From Peptococcia bacterium (GTDB lineage: Bacteria; Bacillota; Peptococcia; Peptococcales; SKKY01), in NCBI GenBank assembly GCA_965228015.1, contig OZ245787.1, positions 446,938 through 510,937 of the forward strand: DNA of 64,000 nucleotides, in the 5' to 3' direction. Shown here in pieces: positions 1 to 10,974 of this stretch. The first letter of the stretch is position 1. Every line of letters starts with the position of its first letter. Under the pieces are notes generated by a model. That model made no database searches and was not told where the DNA came from. It saw nothing but the letters and a program-made list of their open reading frames with translations. The translations under genes and the position numbers were made by a program.

Positions 1-285
1 TCCGTCAAAAAGGCCTATTACTCCTTCAATTATGCTTAATTCTGCATCTTTACTTTTTTTATTAGCAGCTCTTTTACTAATTCTTCTCCAAGCATCCAGG
101 TATCTAAATTTCTGGAAAATTTACCTATTGCAATTGTGTGATAACTTGGATCTATGTAGTCTGGTCCTGATTTAAATCCCTGTACATTGATACCAGCATT
201 TTTAAACAACCTCATTAAACCACTGGTAATAGTTGTTTTTTCCTGATCCGCTGTTAACACCAGCAATAACAATCCTGGATTTCAT
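1..285 (-). pseudogene. cbiA: cobyrinate a,c-diamide synthase CbiA, 5' part (continues beyond window start), frame-disrupted
   Basis: ATG at 285 sits behind AGGTGA and reads MKSRIVIAGVNSGSG. The T6 run at 236-241 then changes frame into KTTITSGLMRLFKNAGINVQGFKSGPDYIDPSYH (ORF 36-272). Bases 1-35 read IIEGVIGLFDG in a third frame. Confidence 0.75.
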
Positions 286-387
286 TATAAATCACCTGCT
301 TTATATTTGATAAAATTTAAGAGATAAAAAAACCAATAGTAATTGCAAGAACTACCCATAGAAAAGTTGTTAAACATAATATGCTGA

Positions 388-1254
388 CTATCCCTGGTAT
401 TTTTTTTGAAGATTTTCTCCCATATATGCTCTAAAGTGTTTTTCGCCAAAATAATAATTATAACCACCAAGTCTGATTTCAAGAGCACCTGCAGCGGCAC
501 TTTCAGTATAACCACCATTTGGGCTGGGATGTTTATGTGCATCTCTTATTACGCTTTTTAAAGCATTTTTCCCATTTAAACCAGGATGTAAAAAGCAATT
601 ATTATAATAAGCAAAGAAGTAATTCTGGCTGGAATAAAGTTAAATGCATCATCAATTTTTGCTGAGAATCTGCCGAAATATAAATATTTTTCATTTTTAT
701 ATCCTACCATTGAATCCATAGTATTTACAGCACGATATAAAAAAGCCAGGGGCGCCCCACCTATCATTCCATAAAATAAAGGGCTGGTAATACCATCTAC
801 AATATTTTCAGCAACAGTTTCAATTACAGCCCTGGAAATTTCTTCCTCATTAAGTTTTTCTGTATCTCTTCCAACTATCATTCCAACTTTTTTTCTTGCT
901 TCTATAATTTCATTTTTATCTAATAAATCATATATTTCCATAGCTGCTTTTTTTAAAGCTTCTGTAGAAATTGTAAAAGAAATCAAAATTCCGGAAATTA
1001 ATATATAAATATAAGGATGAATTAAAGAAGCGAAATATACAATTAAAAAAACGATAAAAAACAATTAGCAATACTAAAAAATTTAAAAGCATGCCCTTTA
1101 AATTTTTATTTTTATTTGTATTTTCTTCTTTAAATAATTTCTTTTCAAATAAAGAAATAAGACTACCAATTAAAACCACAAGATGGGGAATTTTTTTAGG
1201 TTCTGAAAATATTAAATCCCAAAGGTAACCAAAGGTTATAATTATATAATTCAT
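388..1254 (-). pseudogene. cbiB: adenosylcobinamide-phosphate synthase CbiB/CobD, split into three frame segments
   Basis: N-terminal ORF 928-1254 (LWDLIFSEPKKIPHLVVLIGSLI). Middle ORF 576-1064 (GRDTEKLNEEEISRAVIETVAENIVDGITSPLFY..NFIPARIT). The C-terminal part at 388-575 reads HKHPSPNGGYTESAAAGALEIRLGG in another frame. Confidence 0.7.
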
Positions 1255-2778
1255 TTCAGCCCCATAATTTTATATACTTTTTCCATATCGAAACTGTTTC
1301 TTACAACATCTGCAAGTTCATTAAAAACTTTTTCTTTTTCTAAATTATAATTAATGGTTGTTTCTTTTATTTCTTCCCATCCTTTTTCTTTTCTAAGATT
1401 ATTTAATATTTTTCTTCTAAGGGAGTCTGCATCAAAGATACCATGGATATAAGTTCCTATTATTTTCCCTTTTGCATTAATAACTCCATCTATTTCCTGG
1501 GCATCTTTACCAAAACGGTGATTTATTAAAAAAGGATTTACTTTTTCTGTCCCAAATTCTGTAGTACCCATATGAATTTCATAACCATAAAATCCTTCCC
1601 CAAGGCACCCTTCAAGTAAACCTTCCTCTTTAACAATAACACCTGTAACTTGAGTAGTAATTTTTTCTTTACCAAAAGTAGTAGTAGTATCAAGTAAACC
1701 TAAGCCAGCTAACTCAAGCAGGTCTGATTCAGTTTTTTCAGGATCATATATCATTTTCCCAAGGAGCTGATAACCTCCGCAAATACCAACAATCCAGGTT
1801 CCCTTTTCTTCTGCTTCAATAATTTTTTTATCAAAACCTGTTTCTTTTAGAAATAACATGTCACCGATTGTATTTTTACTTCCTGGAATAATAATATCAG
1901 GATTGCCAAGATCTTCCGTTTTCTTGACATATCTAAGGTTTACATCAATTTCATCTTTTAAAATATCAAAATCTGTAAAATTTGAAAGATGTCTTAAATT
2001 AATAACTGCAATATCAAGAAGATAATCTTTTTTCTTTAGTACTTTTTTTCTCAATAACCACAGAATCCTCTTCAGGAATTGCAATTTCAGCAAAATAAGG
2101 AACTACGCCTAAAACTGGCTTCCCTGTTTTTTCTTCAATAAAGTCTAAAGCAGGTTTAAGTAAATCTATATCTCCACGAAACTTGTTAATTACAATACCT
2201 TTTACTAAATCTCTTTTTTCTTCATCTAAAAATTCCAAAGTCCCAACCACAGAAGCAATTGCACCTCCACGGTCTATATCTGCAATGAGCATAACAGGAG
2301 ATTTAAGTTCTTTGGCAACCTTTATATTTACAACATCATTTTCTTTTAGATTAATTTCAGCAGGACTTCCCGCACCTTCAATAAGTAATGCTTCGTAAGT
2401 GCTGGTTAAATAATCCATACTTTCTTTAATTACTTCCCAGGTCTTAGTTTTATACTCTCTATGATATTCTTTAGCACTAAGATTACCTGTAGGTCTTCCA
2501 AGAACTATTACCTGACTCTTTGCATCTTGTGTAGATTTTAATAAAACAGGATTCATTCTTACGTCCGGCTCGAGTCTGGCCTCTTCTGCCTGAACAACTT
2601 GAGCCCTGCCCATTTCGCCACCATCTTTTGTTACATATGAATTCAAAGCCATATTTTGAGCTTTAAAAGGAGCAATATAATATCCATCTTGTAGTAATAT
2701 TCTGCAAAATGCTGCGGTTAAAGCACTTTTCCCAACATTTGAGCTTGTTCCCTGAAACATAAGTGTTTTTGCTTTCAA
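1251..2778 (-). pseudogene. cobQ: cobyric acid synthase CobQ/CbiP, one frameshift
   Basis: N-terminal ORF 2014-2778 (MFQGTSSNVGKSALTAAFCRIL, KAQNMALNS). The C-terminal amidotransferase ORF 1251-2093 (GICGGYQLLG, IHGIFD) is in a different frame. The junction is at the T7 run 2043-2049. Confidence 0.8.
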
Positions 2779-2783
2779 AAAGA

Positions 2784-3425
2784 TTAATCCCTTTCAATAA
2801 TTGAGTACAATAATGCATTAATTACTGAAGCCGCTATTGGGCTTCCTCCTTTAATTCCCCTTACAGCAATATAGGGAACAGGAGATTCTTCAATAAGTAA
2901 TTCTTTACTTTCAGCTGCACCAACAAATCCAATAGGAGTATTAATAATCAAAGCTGGTTTTACCCCTTCATTTTTACACATTTCTAAAACTACAAATAAA
3001 GCAGTTGGAGCATTACTAATTGCAATAATACTTCCATCCATTTTATCTTTAAGCATTTTCATTGCGGTCATTGATCTGGTTTCACCTGTCTTTTTCGCCT
3101 CATCAGCAACTTCTTTATCAGAAACTATACAAACAGCCTCAGATCCTGTTTTATTTAAAGCAGGTTTATTTATGCCTGTTTTAAGCATATTAACATCAGT
3201 AATTATTAAAGCGCCTTTTTTCAGCGCTTCAATTCCGCTTTTAATTGCATCAGGATGTATTTTTACAATATTTGCATAATCAGGATCTCCTGATGTATGA
3301 ACAATTCTATGTACTACAGACTTAAGAAGAGGATCCCAGGACTCAGAGCCAATTAATCCTTCAATTATATCCCTGCTTTTGTTTTCAATACCCATAGGAT
3401 TTATTTCATATTCATAATTATTCAT
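2784..3425 (-). CDS. cbiC: cobalt-precorrin-8 methylmutase CbiC
   Basis: 213-aa intact ORF with HRIVHTSGDPDY and GNAPTALF-type (ISNAPTALF) motifs. The ATGA start/stop overlaps the upstream gene. Confidence 0.85.
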   Translation of the reverse strand: MNNYEYEINPMGIENKSRDIIEGLIGSESWDPLLKSVVHRIVHTSGDPDYANIVKIHPDAIKSGIEALKKGALIITDVNMLKTGINKPALNKTGSEAVCIVSDKEVADEAKKTGETRSMTAMKMLKDKMDGSIIAISNAPTALFVVLEMCKNEGVKPALIINTPIGFVGAAESKELLIEESPVPYIAVRGIKGGSPIAASVINALLYSIIERD

Positions 3426-4180
3426 ATAGAAACCTCCATTATTTTTTCTATTAAATCACTAATATTATTAAAAATTACAGGATAATTTACTCCTGGTCTT
3501 TTTATAACAATAATGTTTATACCAGTTTCTTGTGCTGATGATACTTTTTCTTCGAATCCACCTGCTTTGCCACTCTCTTTCGTAATCAATAAATCAATAT
3601 TTTTTCAGATATTATTAATTTATTAAATTCAGCGAAAAAAGGACCCTGCATGGCTATAATATTCCCAGTTTTAATTCCTGCTTCATCACAGGATTTTATT
3701 GAATTTACATCGGGGAGAACTCTTGCAAAGATATTTTTATTTTCAATTACTTTTTTAAATTCTCCCAATCCGCGAGAACCTATTGTTAAGAGAATGTTTT
3801 TTCCATATAATATAGTCTTTTCTGAAGCTTCCTTTGTATTCTCAACTAAAAAAAGATTTTTATTGTTTTCCAATGATATTTCTGGTCTTTCATACCTAAT
3901 ATATTGAATATCTCTTTCTTCAGATGCAATCAAAGCATTCTTAGAAATATTTCTTGCAAAAGGGTGGGTAGCATCAACGATAGTTTTTATATCATTTTCG
4001 ATAATAAAATTTATTAATTTATCTTTATCTAATACTTCCTTTATAACATTATCAGAAAATTCCTCAGCCAGATATTTCCCATAATCACTTATTGTTGTGG
4101 TTATAAATTCTACTTTACTTTTTTTTAAATTCTTTTGCTATTTCACGAGAATCAATTGTTCCCCCTAAAAGCAGAATCAT
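3422..4180 (-). pseudogene. cbiJ: cobalt-precorrin-6A reductase CbiJ/CobK, at least two frameshifts
   Basis: ATG 4180 gives MILLLGGTIDSREIAKEFKK, then stops. Reading continues in another frame after the T8 run 4119-4126 (SKVEFITTTISDYG..DATHPFARNIS, ORF 3586-3933). The C-terminal part at 3422-3585 (LITKESGKAGGFEEK) is in a third frame. Confidence 0.65.
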
Positions 4181-5289
4181 ATTTTTCCCTTCCTTTTCAA
4201 CCATATGTTATTATTTTTAGTTAAAACAAATGGCCTCTCTTCCGAAACAGCTATTGTCATTCCTTCCATTTCTGCTCTGGTTAAAATTAAAGTTAAATTG
4301 TTATTTACAGAAAATAATGCAGAGGGTTCCGCTACTCCCCAGGAATCAGTATTTTTATATACAAAATCAGATTTGTTCAATTCTGGGTTATTATCAAAAA
4401 CACTATTTAGTTCCGTTGAAGAAAAAGTAATAAATGGAATTTTATATTTATTAGAAAAATTTTTAATACATTCCTCTTCACTTTTTAGCTGAATACTTCT
4501 GATTTCTTTGACAGATTTAATTGAAATATTTAATTCTTTTAATGTGTTAATTATATTTTTTTCGAAAATATCTTTTGGGAAATTCTTTTTACATCCAACC
4601 CCAATAATTATGTTCTTTGGTCTCAAAAAAATATCAGTTTTATTGAATTGAAACTCTTTATTAGTTATATATCCTTTAAAGGAACTTGTAGAAAACAAAT
4701 TTTTAAACTTGTTTATCTCAGGAAAATCTATTGATTCATCAAGAATTAGTTCTATATTGTTTCCATTAAGGAGAGCAGCATTAAAAAATTTTATATTTTT
4801 AACTGGTTCTATATTAAGGTCGTAATCTGATGCAAATGAATCTAATGCATATATTTTAATTACATCTGTGGCAGTTGTAATTACCGGATTACTGTTTAAA
4901 AACTCCGCAACTTCTTTTGTTAGTTTATTCCCACCACCAAGATGTCCTGAAAGAACACTTATAGTATTTTCACCATTTTCATCAATTACTATAATCCCAG
5001 GGTCAACATCTTTACTTTTTATACTGTCTTTTATTGTTTTTACAACTATCCCAAGTGCCATGATAAATATCAGACCGTCATATTTATCAAAAGATTCTTT
5101 TACCAGAAAAGAAAAATTATCCCATTGAGAATTCCAATTCCGCCGTTCTTTAATCGTCAGTAAATCTACATTAGAATATTCAGTTGCTATTTTTTCGCCC
5201 AAAAGAAAGCCCTTATTTGTAAGAGCTATAAGGCCTATCCTCTTTATTATTTTTTGCTTCTCTGTATTCTGTAGTAAAAGATGGATCAT
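4177..5289 (-). CDS. cbiG: cobalt-precorrin-5A hydrolase CbiG
   Basis: 370-aa intact ORF in a cbi operon position between cbiF and cbiJ. IGLIALTNKG N-terminus. The true start is uncertain because of a 77-nt overlap with cbiF. Confidence 0.7.
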   Translation of the reverse strand: MIHLLLQNTEKQKIIKRIGLIALTNKGFLLGEKIATEYSNVDLLTIKERRNWNSQWDNFSFLVKESFDKYDGLIFIMALGIVVKTIKDSIKSKDVDPGIIVIDENGENTISVLSGHLGGGNKLTKEVAEFLNSNPVITTATDVIKIYALDSFASDYDLNIEPVKNIKFFNAALLNGNNIELILDESIDFPEINKFKNLFSTSSFKGYITNKEFQFNKTDIFLRPKNIIIGVGCKKNFPKDIFEKNIINTLKELNISIKSVKEIRSIQLKSEEECIKNFSNKYKIPFITFSSTELNSVFDNNPELNKSDFVYKNTDSWGVAEPSALFSVNNNLTLILTRAEMEGMTIAVSEERPFVLTKNNNIWLKRKGKI

Positions 5290-6007
5290 AAAATTTTGAT
5301 AAAGAATATTCTTTTTTCAAAACATCTCCAACTAATATCAAAGCAGTTTTATTAATTTCGGCTTCTTTTACTTTTTCAGCTATGTCAGATAATGTTCCAA
5401 CAACTTCTTTTTGATCGGGCCAAGAAGCTTTTTGAACAACAGCAATGGGAGTTTCAGCTGAATATCCACCTTTTAAAAGTTCATCTACAACATCTTGAAC
5501 CATGCCAACACTTAAAAATATTGCCATGGTTGCTTGATGTTGAGCTAGTAAATGAAGCTTTTCTTTTTCAGGAACGGGAGTTCTTCCTTCTATTCTTGTT
5601 AATATAAGAGTTTGAGATACATCTGGAAGTGTATATTCTAAATTTAATGCTGCTGCTGCTGCAAAAACAGATGAAACACCAGGAATTACCTGAACTTCAA
5701 TTCCCAAATTATTTAATGGTTTAATTTGTTCCTGAATAACACCATACATACTTGGATCTCCAGTGTGAAGTCTAACTACATTTTTCTTAGCCTTAACTCC
5801 TGCAATAGTAACTTCCAGCACTTCATCAAGAGTCATATGAGCACTGTTATGGATTTCTGTTCCTTTTTTACAATATTTAAGAAGATCCGGGTTTACTAAA
5901 GATCCTGCATATATAACAACATTAGCTTTTTGAATTGTTTCAAGTCCTTTAACTGTAATCAGTTTTGGATCTCCAGGGCCTGCTCCAACAATATATACTT
6001 TTTTCAT
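5213..6007 (-). CDS. cbiF: cobalt-precorrin-4 C11-methyltransferase CbiF
   Basis: Intact ORF; VYIVGAGPGDPKLITVKG, VVRLHTGDPSMYG and VIPGVSS are tetrapyrrole methylase motifs. Confidence 0.85.
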   Translation of the reverse strand: MKKVYIVGAGPGDPKLITVKGLETIQKANVVIYAGSLVNPDLLKYCKKGTEIHNSAHMTLDEVLEVTIAGVKAKKNVVRLHTGDPSMYGVIQEQIKPLNNLGIEVQVIPGVSSVFAAAAALNLEYTLPDVSQTLILTRIEGRTPVPEKEKLHLLAQHQATMAIFLSVGMVQDVVDELLKGGYSAETPIAVVQKASWPDQKEVVGTLSDIAEKVKEAEINKTALILVGDVLKKEYSLSKFYDPSFTTEYREAKNNKEDRPYSSYK

Positions 6008-6584
6008 TATCTTTCCTCCTGTTTTTTGCTGAAATTATAAAAATTGGTTTTTGCCCCTTAAGCATTTGATACTCTTTAATTATTTCTATATTTGAAATAT
6101 TAATTTGTATACTCTCAAAATCAGCATTTTTTTATTAAAATAATTTATTCCTGAATAAGCAGTATTAATTGTTACTGTGTTAAGAACAATATTTTTTACG
6201 GACTTTAGTGACCATAGATATTCTAAAATATCCTCCAGGTTGCCTCCGCTTCCTCCAATAATTACTTTGTTCGGTACTTCTAGATTTTCAAAAACTTCTG
6301 GAGCCAATCCCTGAACAGGTATTATATTTTTTACATTAAATTTATTAATATTTTCTTTTAATTAAGTTGATTCCATTACTATTTCTTTCTGTAGCATAAA
6401 TTTTTGAATTTGGAAAATTAACAGCTACTTCAACAGAAATACTTCCAGTTCCTGCACCAATGTCCCAAATTATATCATTTTCTTCTATTTGCATTTTTAT
6501 AATCGAAAGAGTTCTAACTTCAGACTTGGTCATTGGAACTTTCTCTCTTAAAAAATCCTCATCTTTTATCTGCTTATAATTCAT
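6007..6584 (-). pseudogene. cbiT: cobalt-precorrin-6B C15-methyltransferase (decarboxylating) CbiT, several frameshifts
   Basis: N-terminal MNYKQIKDEDF..PMTKSEVRTLSI..DIGAGTGSISVE (ORF 6345-6599). Middle piece is ORF 6086-6307. The tail is in another frame, where an A7 in place of the A6 at 6024-6029 would give AKKQEER-stop overlapping the cbiF ATG. Confidence 0.65.
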
Positions 6585-7215
6585 AATTATCCTCATCAAT
6601 CAAAATCATTACAGCAGGCAGCTGCTCATTTATAGTGTAATTTTTATAATCTTTTAATTTAAATTCAAGAATATCTTCATTATTATAACCTAAATTTATA
6701 CATATAAGAACTATGAAATTTCTATCTGCTTTTGCTTTAAGATATTCACAAACTTTTAATGGATTATTTTTTGGATCTGTCAACATCCCTATTTTCTTTT
6801 CTTCCATGTGATTATCTAATATTTCAAGATTCCTTCCATGAAGATTAAGGAGTACAGCGTCATGCCAAGAAAGGCCTGCTTTGGCAAAAGCCATTTGCAT
6901 TGAACTAATTCCAGGGATCATTTTTATTTCTTTTCGATGGAAAAATTTTGAAATATAATTTAGTAAACTGTAAAATCCCGGATCTCCGGAAACCAGAATG
7001 ACAATCTTTTTATTATTGTAATTATTTTTTATTATTGTAATTATTTCAGAAAGATTGCTTTTTATAACATAATTTTCTTTTTGCAAATATAACCATGGTT
7101 CAAGATTTCTTTCTCCGGCAATTAATATATCGGCTCCTTCAATTGTTCTGATACCCTCTGGTAAAATATATTCTTTGATCCCTAAACCAGTTCCAACTAT
7201 TGTGAAATGTTCCAT
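6574..7215 (-). CDS. cbiE: cobalt-precorrin-7 C5-methyltransferase CbiE
   Basis: 213-aa intact ORF with a tetrapyrrole methylase fold (VGTGLG, VSGDPGFYS, IPGISS). Confidence 0.8.
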   Translation of the reverse strand: MEHFTIVGTGLGIKEYILPEGIRTIEGADILIAGERNLEPWLYLQKENYVIKSNLSEIITIIKNNYNNKKIVILVSGDPGFYSLLNYISKFFHRKEIKMIPGISSMQMAFAKAGLSWHDAVLLNLHGRNLEILDNHMEEKKIGMLTDPKNNPLKVCEYLKAKADRNFIVLICINLGYNNEDILEFKLKDYKNYTINEQLPAVMILIDEDNYEL

Positions 7216-8310
7216 CCCGCAAATTCTCCAATCTTTCCAGCTTTATTATTAATATAAAGTATATTCTCTCTATCCTTTAATAACACGATCCCCACAGAAG
7301 CTTGAGAGAAAAGATATCTTTCACTTCTTTCAGAAGCTTTTTCAGCAATATCTTCCCAAATTTTCCCATAACCATTTTCTTCAATAATTTTCCATGCTCC
7401 CTCTGTGGTAATTTCATTCATAACAGTATTAATTAATTCTGATGGAGCATTATGCCGGGCAAGGTGAGCTGCTAATATTTCCATTCTTGAATCAGATATT
7501 CTGTTATGAGTATAGAAGTTACCTCCTGCTACTTTTACAATTTTACCAATATGACCCCATAAAATAATATTTTCAAAACCATTATCTAAAGCATGCTCCA
7601 GCATATAACCTATAAAATTGCTTGTGGTTACTATAGCATCTCTTGGAATTCCATATTTAACCGCAGAATCCATGCCAATATTTCCTGGTGTAAGAACTAT
7701 AGCTTTATACCCAAGAGCTTTGGTTGTTTTAATCTGGGGGACAAGAGAAACCTTAAATGCTTCTTCAGACATTGGTTCTACAATACCAGTAGTACCTAGA
7801 ATGGAAATCCCACTAATGATGCCTAAATGTGGATTAAGGGTTTTTTGCTAATTCCTCACCTTCAGGTACACTAATTTCAATAAAGAACTCCCTGTTTTCT
7901 TCAAAAAATTCCTGAAGATTTTCTATAATCATTTTTATTGGCCCAGGGTTAATTGCAGGTTCTCCCGGAGGGACAGAAAGTCCAGGTTTAGTTACCTTCC
8001 CAACACCTTTACCTGCAGTTAAAGTAACATCTGTAATTTTATTTGCATTATTTGATATCATTGCAGTAACAACTATGTCTTTTCTATGAGTGATATCCAG
8101 ATCGTCTCCTGCATCTTTTTCAATAGTTACTTTGGCAATATTTTCACTTAATATTTCTATGTTTTTTACAGGTATTTCCAAATACCCACCTCTTGCTAAC
8201 TTTACAGAAACCTTATCATGTTTTTCCTTATTTAATAAAACAAGAACAGTAGCTTTTGCTCCAACTGCCGCGCATGTACCTGTTGTATATCCTTCTCTTA
8301 GCTCTTTCAT
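7197..8310 (-). pseudogene. cbiD: cobalt-precorrin-5B C1-methyltransferase CbiD, one frameshift
   Basis: N-terminal ORF 7834-8310 (LREGYTTGTCAA). After the T6 run 7841-7846 the sequence continues in another frame as TLNPHLGIISGISILGTTGIVEPMSEEAF (ORF 7197-7772). Confidence 0.75.
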
Positions 8311-8315
8311 TTGAT

Positions 8316-8882
8316 TTATATCCTTTCCAAAACAGGTTTAATTTTTAAAGGGATCCCTGCTGTTGTTAAAATTACCTGGTCACATTCTTCCCCAACAAAT
8401 TGATTCATTCTTCCGCTAATATCACGAAAAACCCTTGCAAGGAAATTTTCAGGCACTATTCCCATGCCAACTTCATTGGAAACAATAATTAATTCTTTAT
8501 CTTCAGGAATTAGTTCTATAATTTTACTTACTTCCTTATATATATCATTCTCTTTTTTATCCATAAATATTTCTTGATTATCACTTTCATAGTCATAATC
8601 TTGTAACATTAAATTTGTAATATATATTGTTAGACAGTCCATTAAGATTACATCATGGTCTTTTAGTATTCTTTCTAATAAAGAAGAAATACAGTAAGGT
8701 TCTTTATAGTTTGTCCAGATGCCCCTTCTTCTTTCCTGGTGTTTCTTAACTCTGTCAGCCATTTCCGAATCATAAATCTGAGCTGTTGCTATGTATGCAG
8801 GTTTAGTTGACTTACTTAAACAATAATTTTCTGCAAAAGTACTCTTCCCGCTTCTGGCTCCCCCAATAATCAAAGTAATCAT
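8316..8882 (-). CDS. cobU: adenosylcobinamide kinase / adenosylcobinamide-phosphate guanylyltransferase
   Basis: 188-aa intact ORF with P-loop IIGGARSGKS and a conserved CobU/CobP layout. It is the first gene of the cbi block. Confidence 0.8.
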   Translation of the reverse strand: MITLIIGGARSGKSTFAENYCLSKSTKPAYIATAQIYDSEMADRVKKHQERRRGIWTNYKEPYCISSLLERILKDHDVILMDCLTIYITNLMLQDYDYESDNQEIFMDKKENDIYKEVSKIIELIPEDKELIIVSNEVGMGIVPENFLARVFRDISGRMNQFVGEECDQVILTTAGIPLKIKPVLERI

Positions 8883-8957
8883 AATACCTCCATTAAATTA
8901 AAAAAAGAAAAAATTCTTTAGCAGAACTAAAAAATTTTATAATTCCCTTAGATAATC

Positions 8958-9797
8958 TTAACAATTTTGATATACAGGGTCAAGATTACCTCTTTTCATC
9001 TTTTTCATCATTAATATGTTTTCATAAGGAAGTTTGAAATAATTTAAGCATTTATAATTCTTATCACCATGCCAGTCGGTTCCCCCAGTCATAATCAGGT
9101 TGTTTTTTTGAGCATAGTTATAAAAATAATCAATTAATGTTAAATTATGATCCGGGTGCCACACTTCAATTCCTTCAATCCCCAGGGAAATTATTTCATC
9201 CAGCTGCGTATTTAAAAATGAAACCCCTGGATGAGCTAAAACCGGAATACCTTGAGCTTTTTTGATAATAGAAACTGCCTGTGATACACTAACTTTTTTC
9301 CTGGATATATAACCTACTGTACCTTTACTTAAATATTTAAGAAATGCTTCTCGCCTTGTTTTAACATACCCTTTTTCAATGAGGATATCCGCAATATGAG
9401 GTCTTCCCAAGACCCCATGATCTGTTTCTTTGTCAAGAATAATATCTTTAAAAACCAGACCTTCTCTTTCAAGCTTTTCTATAATCCTGTTAGCTCTGTT
9501 ATATCTGTTTTCTTTAAAACTTTTTAGATGTTTAATTAACTCCGGGCATTTATGATTTATATAGTAGCCTAAAATATGAACCTCTCTGTTTTCAAATTCT
9601 GTACTGATTTCTATCCCTGGAATAAACTCTAAAGAATGTTTTTTTGCTTCATAGGCTCCTTCATCTATTCCATCAACAGTGTCATGATCTGTAAGAGCAA
9701 AAATTCTAACTCCGTTTAAGCTTAGGGTATTAGTTATTTCTTTTATTGAAAGTACACCATCTGAATACTTAGAATGAATATGCAAATCAACTCTCAT
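8958..9797 (-). CDS. PHP-domain metal-dependent phosphoesterase
   Basis: MRVDLHIHSKYSDG..ALTDHDT..HPG..GIEVWH motifs over a 279-aa intact ORF. Confidence 0.7.
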   Translation of the reverse strand: MRVDLHIHSKYSDGVLSIKEITNTLSLNGVRIFALTDHDTVDGIDEGAYEAKKHSLEFIPGIEISTEFENREVHILGYYINHKCPELIKHLKSFKENRYNRANRIIEKLEREGLVFKDIILDKETDHGVLGRPHIADILIEKGYVKTRREAFLKYLSKGTVGYISRKKVSVSQAVSIIKKAQGIPVLAHPGVSFLNTQLDEIISLGIEGIEVWHPDHNLTLIDYFYNYAQKNNLIMTGGTDWHGDKNYKCLNYFKLPYENILMMKKMKRGNLDPVYQNC

Positions 9798-9810
9798 ACT
9801 AATCCCTCCT

Positions 9811-9845
9811 TAAAAGAAGACCTGCTATTAAGTTAATAGCAGGTC
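9811..9845 (-). terminator. intrinsic terminator after spoVS
   Basis: Perfect 13-bp stem GACCTGCTATTAA/TTAATAGCAGGTC (9819-9845), followed on the minus strand by TTCTTTT. Confidence 0.65.
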
Positions 9846-9854
9846 AAAAACAAA

Positions 9855-10115
9855 TTATCTTACTTCTACTATTAACTTAATAGCAGTTCTTTCTTCACCA
9901 TCAATTACAATGTCAGTAAAAGCAGGAATACAAATTAGATCGATTCCGCTCGGGGCAACAAATCCTCTTGCTATCGCAATTGCTTTAATTGATTGGTTTA
10001 ATGCTCCCGCTCCTATTGCCTGTATCTCCGCTGAACCTTTTTCTCTAATAGTTCCAGCCAGAGCACCTGCTACAGAATTTGGATTAGACTTTGCTGAGAC
10101 CTTCAAAACTTCCAT
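9855..10115 (-). CDS. spoVS: stage V sporulation protein S
   Basis: 86 aa from ATG 10115: MEVLKVSAKSNPNSVAGALAGTIREKGSAEIQAIGAGALNQSIKAIAIARGF. The longer track ORF is an upstream extension. Confidence 0.9.
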   Translation of the reverse strand: MEVLKVSAKSNPNSVAGALAGTIREKGSAEIQAIGAGALNQSIKAIAIARGFVAPSGIDLICIPAFTDIVIDGEERTAIKLIVEVR

Positions 10116-10134
10116 GCAACAACTACCTCCCCAT

Positions 10135-10899
10135 TTAATAATATTTATGGTTAATTCTATTAATAAAAATACAACTACCCAAAGTATCAAATTCCATTTC
10201 CAAACCATTAACCATAAGATCCTCATCAGAAACTTCAAATCTTACTGGCATCTTAGTCAAAAATCTCTTTATTGCTATATCCTTTTTTATACCCAATACA
10301 GAATTATTTGAACCACACATTCCTGCATCGGTAATATATGCAGTTTTATTATTTAATATTTCTTCATCCGCTGTTTGAACATGAGTATGTGTTCCAATTA
10401 CAGCAGAGACTTTTCCAGCGAGGAAATGACCGATTGCTTTTTTTTCGGAAGTAGCCTCTCCATGTATATCTACAATAATTATTGAATTTTTTTCAATTTC
10501 ATTTAAAACTTTCTCTACGCTTTGAAAGGGAGGATACAAATTATCAAGGAATACAGTGCCTAAAAGATTTATTACCCAAATTTTTTTATTATTAAAAGAA
10601 AAGGAACGGATTCCTTTTCCAAGGGTTCCTGGAGGATAATTTAACGGCCTTACAAACCTTGAGTCATCTGCTATTTTCTCAAATCCCTTATTGTCCCAGG
10701 TATGATTCCCCATTGTTATTGCTTTAATACCTAATGAAAATAATATATCAGAATCATTTTTATTAATACCTTTGCCTCCAGTGACATTCTCACCATTTGC
10801 AATAATAAAATCATATTTTTCTTTATTCTTTTCCAAAAACATTTCTACTGCTGACACTCCAGGCTTGCCTACAATATCACCTAAAAATAATACTCTCAA
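10135..10899 (-). CDS. ymdB: YmdB-family metallophosphoesterase (2',3'-cyclic-nucleotide phosphodiesterase type)
   Basis: MRVLFLGDIVGKPG, GENVTGG, GNHTWD and DIHGEATSEK motifs. It lies in the conserved rny-ymdB-spoVS order. Confidence 0.85.
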   Translation of the reverse strand: MRVLFLGDIVGKPGVSAVEMFLEKNKEKYDFIIANGENVTGGKGINKNDSDILFSLGIKAITMGNHTWDNKGFEKIADDSRFVRPLNYPPGTLGKGIRSFSFNNKKIWVINLLGTVFLDNLYPPFQSVEKVLNEIEKNSIIIVDIHGEATSEKKAIGHFLAGKVSAVIGTHTHVQTADEEILNNKTAYITDAGMCGSNNSVLGIKKDIAIKRFLTKMPVRFEVSDEDLMVNGLEMEFDTLGSCIFINRINHKYY

Positions 10900-10974
10900 A
10901 TTTTTACCATCCCGTTTTTTTATTCTTTAACTATAACTACAATAATAATATAAATCTATAATATTTCAAGTAAA

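Noticed and set aside
285-542. ORF 285-542, and the many 60-130-aa ORFs antisense to long genes (for example 2183-2398, 4205-4492, 26321-26671, 33433-33729, 48637-48912, 56508-56912).
   Set aside because: These are shadow ORFs typical of AT-rich DNA. Each lies inside or opposite a gene with clear family motifs, has low-complexity composition and has no RBS. ORF 285-542 overlaps the out-of-frame C-terminal segment of cbiB.
8883-8957. Looked for a cobalamin riboswitch ahead of the cbi operon, and ahead of cbiK at 31329-31349.
   Set aside because: The gaps are 75 nt and 21 nt, too short for the element. No B12-box-like GC-rich core is visible.
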